Shown: in pieces, positions 58,944-64,000 of the stretch
How the letters are laid out: each line of letters begins with the position of its first letter
How positions within the stretch are numbered: the stretch's first letter is position 1
Origin: Rhodospirillales bacterium
Lineage (GTDB): Bacteria; Pseudomonadota; Alphaproteobacteria; Bin95
Length of the DNA: 64,000 nt
Direction: 5' to 3'
NCBI GenBank assembly: GCA_038143065.1
Contig: JAYQLI010000035.1
Coordinates: 1,056,001-1,120,000 of the forward strand
Program-made: the position numbers and the translations under genes
The notes under the pieces: generated by a model
Databases searched by the model: none
What the model saw: only the letters and a program-made list of their open reading frames with translations
What the model was told of the DNA's origin: nothing

Positions 58944-60012
58944 GAGCATAGAAGCTCGGCTTCGACAAGAAATAATAGATCAGGGAGATATTTCTCTCAG
59001 TCACTTCTGGCGTGAGGCAATGACTGCCGCGGATAGTGGTTATTACACCAACACGGCACCCATCGGGGAGGATGGGGATTTCATTACTGCTCCAGAGGTT
59101 TCACAAATTTTTGGAGAATTAATAGGCCTCTGGCTCGCTGATAATTGGGCAAAAAATTGGCTCCCCTCCAAATTTTGATCTTGTCGAACTTGGCCCCGGC
59201 CGAGGTCAATTAATGGTTGATGCCCTCAGGGCAACGAAATCGGTACCAGGTTTTCTATCTGCTGCCCAACTGTTACTTGTAGAAGTCAGTAAACCTTTCC
59301 GGGCCATGCAAGCTGATAGGCTCAGAAAATACTCACCCTCATGGCAAAAAGACTGGCAAAAAATAACCGATGGGGATGCCCCACTTTTTCTCATCGCGAA
59401 TGAATTTCTAGACGCTCTCCCTATTTGCCAGTTTGAACTCAGCTCGAAAGGCTGGGAGGAGCGACGCATCATTTGGAATGGGCATGCTTTTGAGTTCAAC
59501 AACACCTTAACTGCTAATCCCCCGGAGACTAAAATTTTTCCATCTGCTCCTATTGGAGCTGTAGTCGAAGTTAGTGAGGAGCGAGATGCTCTTGTAGATG
59601 CAGTATCAAAAGAATTGCCAGAACTGGCGGTGCAGCACTTTTCATTGATTACGGCTTCAGCACCAACAAATTGGGAGACAGTTTGCAAGCAATTTTTAAG
59701 GGCAAGCCAGTTAACCCTCTTTCCAACCCAGGATTGGCGGACCTTACCTCACATGTAAATTTCTCTTCTGTAGCAGATAAAGTAGAGGCCGCAGGCGCCG
59801 TTTCGTATGGGCCAGTTGACCAAGGAGTCTTTCTACTTCGTCTAGGAGCAGAGGTGCGCGCAAATCAACTTGCCGCAACGGCAACAGCCGAAAAAAATGT
59901 CCTCATGCGGCAAAGTTTAAAACGTTTGGTGCATCCTCTGGAGATGGGAGGTCTTTTCAAGGCTTTAGCTATTTTACCACCTGGTTCACATGAGCCCGCA
60001 GGATTTGATTAA
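58927..60012 (+). CDS. SAM-dependent methyltransferase MidA/NDUFAF7 family; frameshifted
   Basis: GDFITAPEVSQIFGEL, ELGPGRG, ANEFLDALP, DLTSHV and MGGLFK. Confidence 0.9.
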
Positions 60013-60791
60013 TGTCTCTAGAGAAAATCCATCCAATTGAATCAAAGGTTCTTAATATTGAAGGCATTAGACATGGATTTTTTACACGCCAAGGAGGCGT
60101 GAGTGAGGGCATTTATAAGTCACTTAATTGTGGACTGTCTTCTAAAGATAATCCAGAAGCAGTTCATGAAAATCGGAGACGTGTTGCTTCGCATTTAACT
60201 GGAAAATCCGAGCTGCTATCGACTACCAATCAGATTCATTCTGCAACCGCTGTGATAATTGATAGACCTCTAGGTAGAGAATTACCTAAAGCTGACGCAC
60301 TCGTTACAAGAAAACCTGGTATTGTATTGGGCGCTTTAGCTGCTGATTGCGCTCCAGTTTTACTCGCTGATCCAATAGCCGGTGTGGTTGCATCTGCACA
60401 TGCTGGTTGGCGAGGGGCAATAGAAGGAATTGTTGATGCTACAGTTTTAGCCATGGAAGATCTGGGAGCCAGTAGAAGAAACATTTTCGCGGCAATTGGA
60501 CCGTGCATAGGTCAAGCCTCTTATGAAGTAGATTTGCAATTTGAGGGCAAATTTATTTCTCAATCCAAAAACAATAGTCGTTTCTTTGCCCCCGGAGCAA
60601 AAAGCGAAAAACGGCAATTCAATTTGACGGAGTATGTTTTACGCCGAACTCAAAAACTCGGCCTTGCTGCTGTTCATGCATTAGATATTGATGTTTATCC
60701 TGATAGTGAAAGGTTCTTTAGCTATCGTCGCAGCAAACACTTAGGTGAACCTGACTATGCCCGTTTGGTTTCAGCAATCTCGCTCAGTTGA
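60012..60791 (+). CDS. pgeF: Peptidoglycan editing factor / purine nucleoside phosphorylase (YfiH laccase domain)
   Basis: HGFFTRQGG, QIHS, ADCAPV, HAGWRG and FFSYRR. Confidence 0.93.
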   Translation: MSLEKIHPIESKVLNIEGIRHGFFTRQGGVSEGIYKSLNCGLSSKDNPEAVHENRRRVASHLTGKSELLSTTNQIHSATAVIIDRPLGRELPKADALVTRKPGIVLGALAADCAPVLLADPIAGVVASAHAGWRGAIEGIVDATVLAMEDLGASRRNIFAAIGPCIGQASYEVDLQFEGKFISQSKNNSRFFAPGAKSEKRQFNLTEYVLRRTQKLGLAAVHALDIDVYPDSERFFSYRRSKHLGEPDYARLVSAISLS

Positions 60792-60879
60792 GCTAATGGC
60801 CCTAATGGTTGGAGAAAACAAAAGGTCGCTAATCTATAAGTAGAAGGGCGTATTAATTTACCTGTGAGGAACACATGCC

Positions 60880-61777
60880 ATGCCTGAAATAATCGATATT
60901 GGTATCGAAAAACTAATGCAAACCCTTCGAGAACGCGGACTTCCTGATGGCCTATCCTTGGATGAGCGAAGGGCTCGCATGGAAGACATTGGAACTCGGT
61001 TCCCTGCTCCCCAACGTGCCAGCATTAACCCAGTAAAAATTGCTGAAAGACCAGCAGAGTGGGTCTGTGACCCAGATATGGATGACGGACGTGTAATGCT
61101 TTATGTCCATGGGGGTGGATACGTACAAGGCTCTCTCGCAAGTCATAGAAATTTAGTTTTTGAGATTGCACGCTCTATGAAGGGAAAAGTTCTAAACCTC
61201 GACTACCGATTGGCCCCTGAACATCCATTCCCTGCAGCGCTCGAAGATACGGTCAATGCATGGGCCGAGCTACTAGAGATGGGCATAGACCCAAAGAAAG
61301 CGAGTTTTGGCGGCGACAGTGCGGGTGGAGGGTTGGTCATAGCAGCACTTGTATCTGCCCGCGACAAGGGATTGCCAATGCCATCTTGCGCTTGTTGCAT
61401 TTCTCCCTGGACCGACCTTGTTGGCACAGGACAGACTATGGACACAAAAGCTTTAGAGGACCCAATGGTCAATCGTGCAGCTCTTGAATTTTTTCAGATT
61501 TTTACGCTGACAAAGAAGACAAAACACATCCTCTTATTTCCCCCTTTTTGCTGATCTTGCTGGGCTCCCTCCTCTTCTCATCCAAGTAGGCACAGCAGAA
61601 ACGTTGCTAGATGACAGTAGACGTTTAGCAACGAGAGCACGTTATGCCGGAGTGGATGTAAGCTATGCTGAATGGGACGGCATGCCTCATATCTGGCATA
61701 TATTTGCTCCTTTATTAGAAAAGAGCCGAAAGGCAATTATTGAACTTGGTGAGTTTGTAGAACGAAAAACAGGCTAA
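60880..61777 (+). CDS. HSL-family esterase/lipase; frameshifted
   Basis: HGGGY, DYRLAPEHPFPA, GDSAGG, LPPLLIQVG and GMPHIW. Confidence 0.9.
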
Positions 61778-61780
61778 AAG

Positions 61781-62800
61781 ATGCATAAAACAATCAACCT
61801 GAGCCTATCTGACATTTTTGAATTATCTATGGACGCTCTACTGGCCAGTGGTGCTAATAGAGAAAACGCTGAAGCAGTTTCAGCTGTAGTTCGGAATGCA
61901 GATCGAGACGGTTGCACTAGCCATGGAATTTTTCGTGTCCCTGGATACTGCTCAGCCTTAAAACTGGGAGCCGTAAACGGTCATGCCAAGCCTGAATTAA
62001 TTGATCAAGCCCCAAGCATCGTTCGTATTGAAGCATCTAATGGGCTTGCACCGCTTGCTGTCGAGGTGGGGCGCCCATCACTAATTAAAAAAGCAAAAGA
62101 CCAAGGCATTGCAACTCTGGCAATTAGGAACAGCGCCCATTTTGCAGCATTGTGGCCAGATACTGAGCCTCTTGCAGATGATGGTTTGGTAGCTATGAGT
62201 TTTGTAAACTCTCGAGCTTTTGTTGCGCCTGCGGGGGGTAAAAGAAGACGAGTGTTTGGCACTAACCCAATGTCCTTTGCAGTGCCACGTTCTGGGCAGC
62301 CACCAATGGTCTTTGACCAAGCATCCAGTGCTGCTGCTCGAGGCGAGATTATGCTCGCCGCTCGAGATGGGCATAAGGCTTTGGCAGAATGGGGTCTTGG
62401 CCCGGATGGGGTGGAAACTGATGATCCCGCAGAAATTCTCAAAGGGGTCCAACTCCCGTTCGGAGGCTACAAGGGTGGAGCAATTGCGTTGATGGTTGAA
62501 ATACTGGCTGCTCTGCTTACCGGGGGCGAAACAAGTTTGGAAGCTGAACGCTCCTATACTGGTCACGGCGGTCCTTCTCCCGCTGGCCACTTAATTATTG
62601 CTATGGATCCAAAACGTTTTGGTCAGGAAAACTTTATCAATCGAGTCGAGTTACTGTTTGAGGAAATGTTGGCAGACCCAGAAGTTCGCCTTCCTGGCGA
62701 TCGACGTCTCGCGATGCGCCAGAAAACACAAACACAGGGTGTTGATATACCTGAAACACTCTTCCAAGAGGTAAGAGAAATATCGAGAGGCCCCAAGTAA
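61781..62800 (+). CDS. Ldh_2 family oxidoreductase (DpkA/ComC/AllD-like)
   Basis: SHGIFR, HFAALWP, FGTNPMSFA, DQASS, FGGYKG and RLPGDRR. Confidence 0.9.
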   Translation: MHKTINLSLSDIFELSMDALLASGANRENAEAVSAVVRNADRDGCTSHGIFRVPGYCSALKLGAVNGHAKPELIDQAPSIVRIEASNGLAPLAVEVGRPSLIKKAKDQGIATLAIRNSAHFAALWPDTEPLADDGLVAMSFVNSRAFVAPAGGKRRRVFGTNPMSFAVPRSGQPPMVFDQASSAAARGEIMLAARDGHKALAEWGLGPDGVETDDPAEILKGVQLPFGGYKGGAIALMVEILAALLTGGETSLEAERSYTGHGGPSPAGHLIIAMDPKRFGQENFINRVELLFEEMLADPEVRLPGDRRLAMRQKTQTQGVDIPETLFQEVREISRGPK

Positions 62801-63612
62801 TGGATAGGATTACTGTTAACTCATATCAAATGGCTTATCTTGATATCGGTTCAGGCCCTGCAATCTTATGTCTGCATGGGTCTCTCAATGACTTCCGCGC
62901 ATGGGCCCCAGTATTAAAACCTTTCTCTAAGAAGCACCGCCTATTGGTTCCTAGCCTTCGACACTACTTTCCTGAACATTGGGACGGAAAGAACGGAACT
63001 TTCACAATAAGCCAACATGTATCAGACGTAATTGCTTTCATTGAAAAGCTCAATATCGGTCCCATAAACCTGCTTGGACACTCTAGAGGAGGGCATATCG
63101 CGTTTCGTTTGGCTGAGCAAAGGCCTGACCTAATTCAGAAACTTATATTGGCAGAACCAGGAGGAACTCTCGACGTAAGTCTCGATCCTCAAGTAAACTC
63201 TATCGGCGCCGATGAAGGGCCAAGAGCATATGCTCGCACAGCAGCAACTTTGCTTCGTGATGGAGACTTTGAAGGTGGGGTAAGAGCGTTTGTAGATGGA
63301 GTTAACGGACAGGGTAGTTGGGCCAAATTGCCTCCAGCAGACCGACAAATGCGAGAGGATAACGCCTTCACACTTTTAGCGCAGGAGAATGAAGGTCGCC
63401 GCCCATTTACTAGTAGCGAAGCAGCAGCAATTTCTTCACCTACTCTCTTCATCGGAGGAGGCGATACTACAGGATTACTCCTAAATATCTTAAATGCACT
63501 TGCAGCACATGTACCTGGTGCCAAGAAAGTATTTATCCCGAACGCAGGGCATAGCATGTTTAGACAACAACCTAAGGAATTTGCACGAGCAGTCCTTGAA
63601 TTCCTTGAATAG
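62800..63612 (+). CDS. Alpha/beta fold hydrolase
   Basis: LHGSL, GHSRGG and AGHSM. Confidence 0.88.
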   Translation: MDRITVNSYQMAYLDIGSGPAILCLHGSLNDFRAWAPVLKPFSKKHRLLVPSLRHYFPEHWDGKNGTFTISQHVSDVIAFIEKLNIGPINLLGHSRGGHIAFRLAEQRPDLIQKLILAEPGGTLDVSLDPQVNSIGADEGPRAYARTAATLLRDGDFEGGVRAFVDGVNGQGSWAKLPPADRQMREDNAFTLLAQENEGRRPFTSSEAAAISSPTLFIGGGDTTGLLLNILNALAAHVPGAKKVFIPNAGHSMFRQQPKEFARAVLEFLE

Positions 63613-63643
63613 AGTACTGCCGCCTACGGCTGAAACAATATCT

Positions 63644-64000
<357 letters not shown>

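Noticed and set aside
53596-60791. ispH-thrB-rnhA and ubiK/lgt-midA-pgeF clusters as novel associations
   Set aside because: This is ordinary conserved alphaproteobacterial gene order.

Overview
This is a 64 kb chromosomal segment of an alphaproteobacterium, most likely a free-living aquatic heterotroph (inferred from the photolyase and broad catabolic content). It holds one complete rRNA operon on the minus strand (16S, tRNA-Ile, tRNA-Ala, 23S, 5S, tRNA-fMet) and conserved housekeeping blocks (ispH-thrB-rnhA, proC-ybjN-ubiK, lgt-midA-pgeF, hemB). It also carries many small-molecule catabolic genes and a photolyase cluster. The most striking structure is a ~6.4 kb integrase-less island at the 3' end of tRNA-fMet (13283-19717). 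It is bounded by a perfect 45 bp direct repeat and contains a second, degenerate att copy. Both element ends carry the same 18 bp motif at the same spacing, and IHF-consensus-like sites lie next to the att cores. Its only cargo is a three-gene extracytoplasmic signalling module: a secreted protein, a CHASE2 adenylate cyclase and a lipoprotein CHAT (caspase-like) protease. About 25 genes, including housekeeping ones, are split by single-base indels. I read these as long-read consensus errors and report the pieces merged. All product calls come from motif recognition only; no searches were run.
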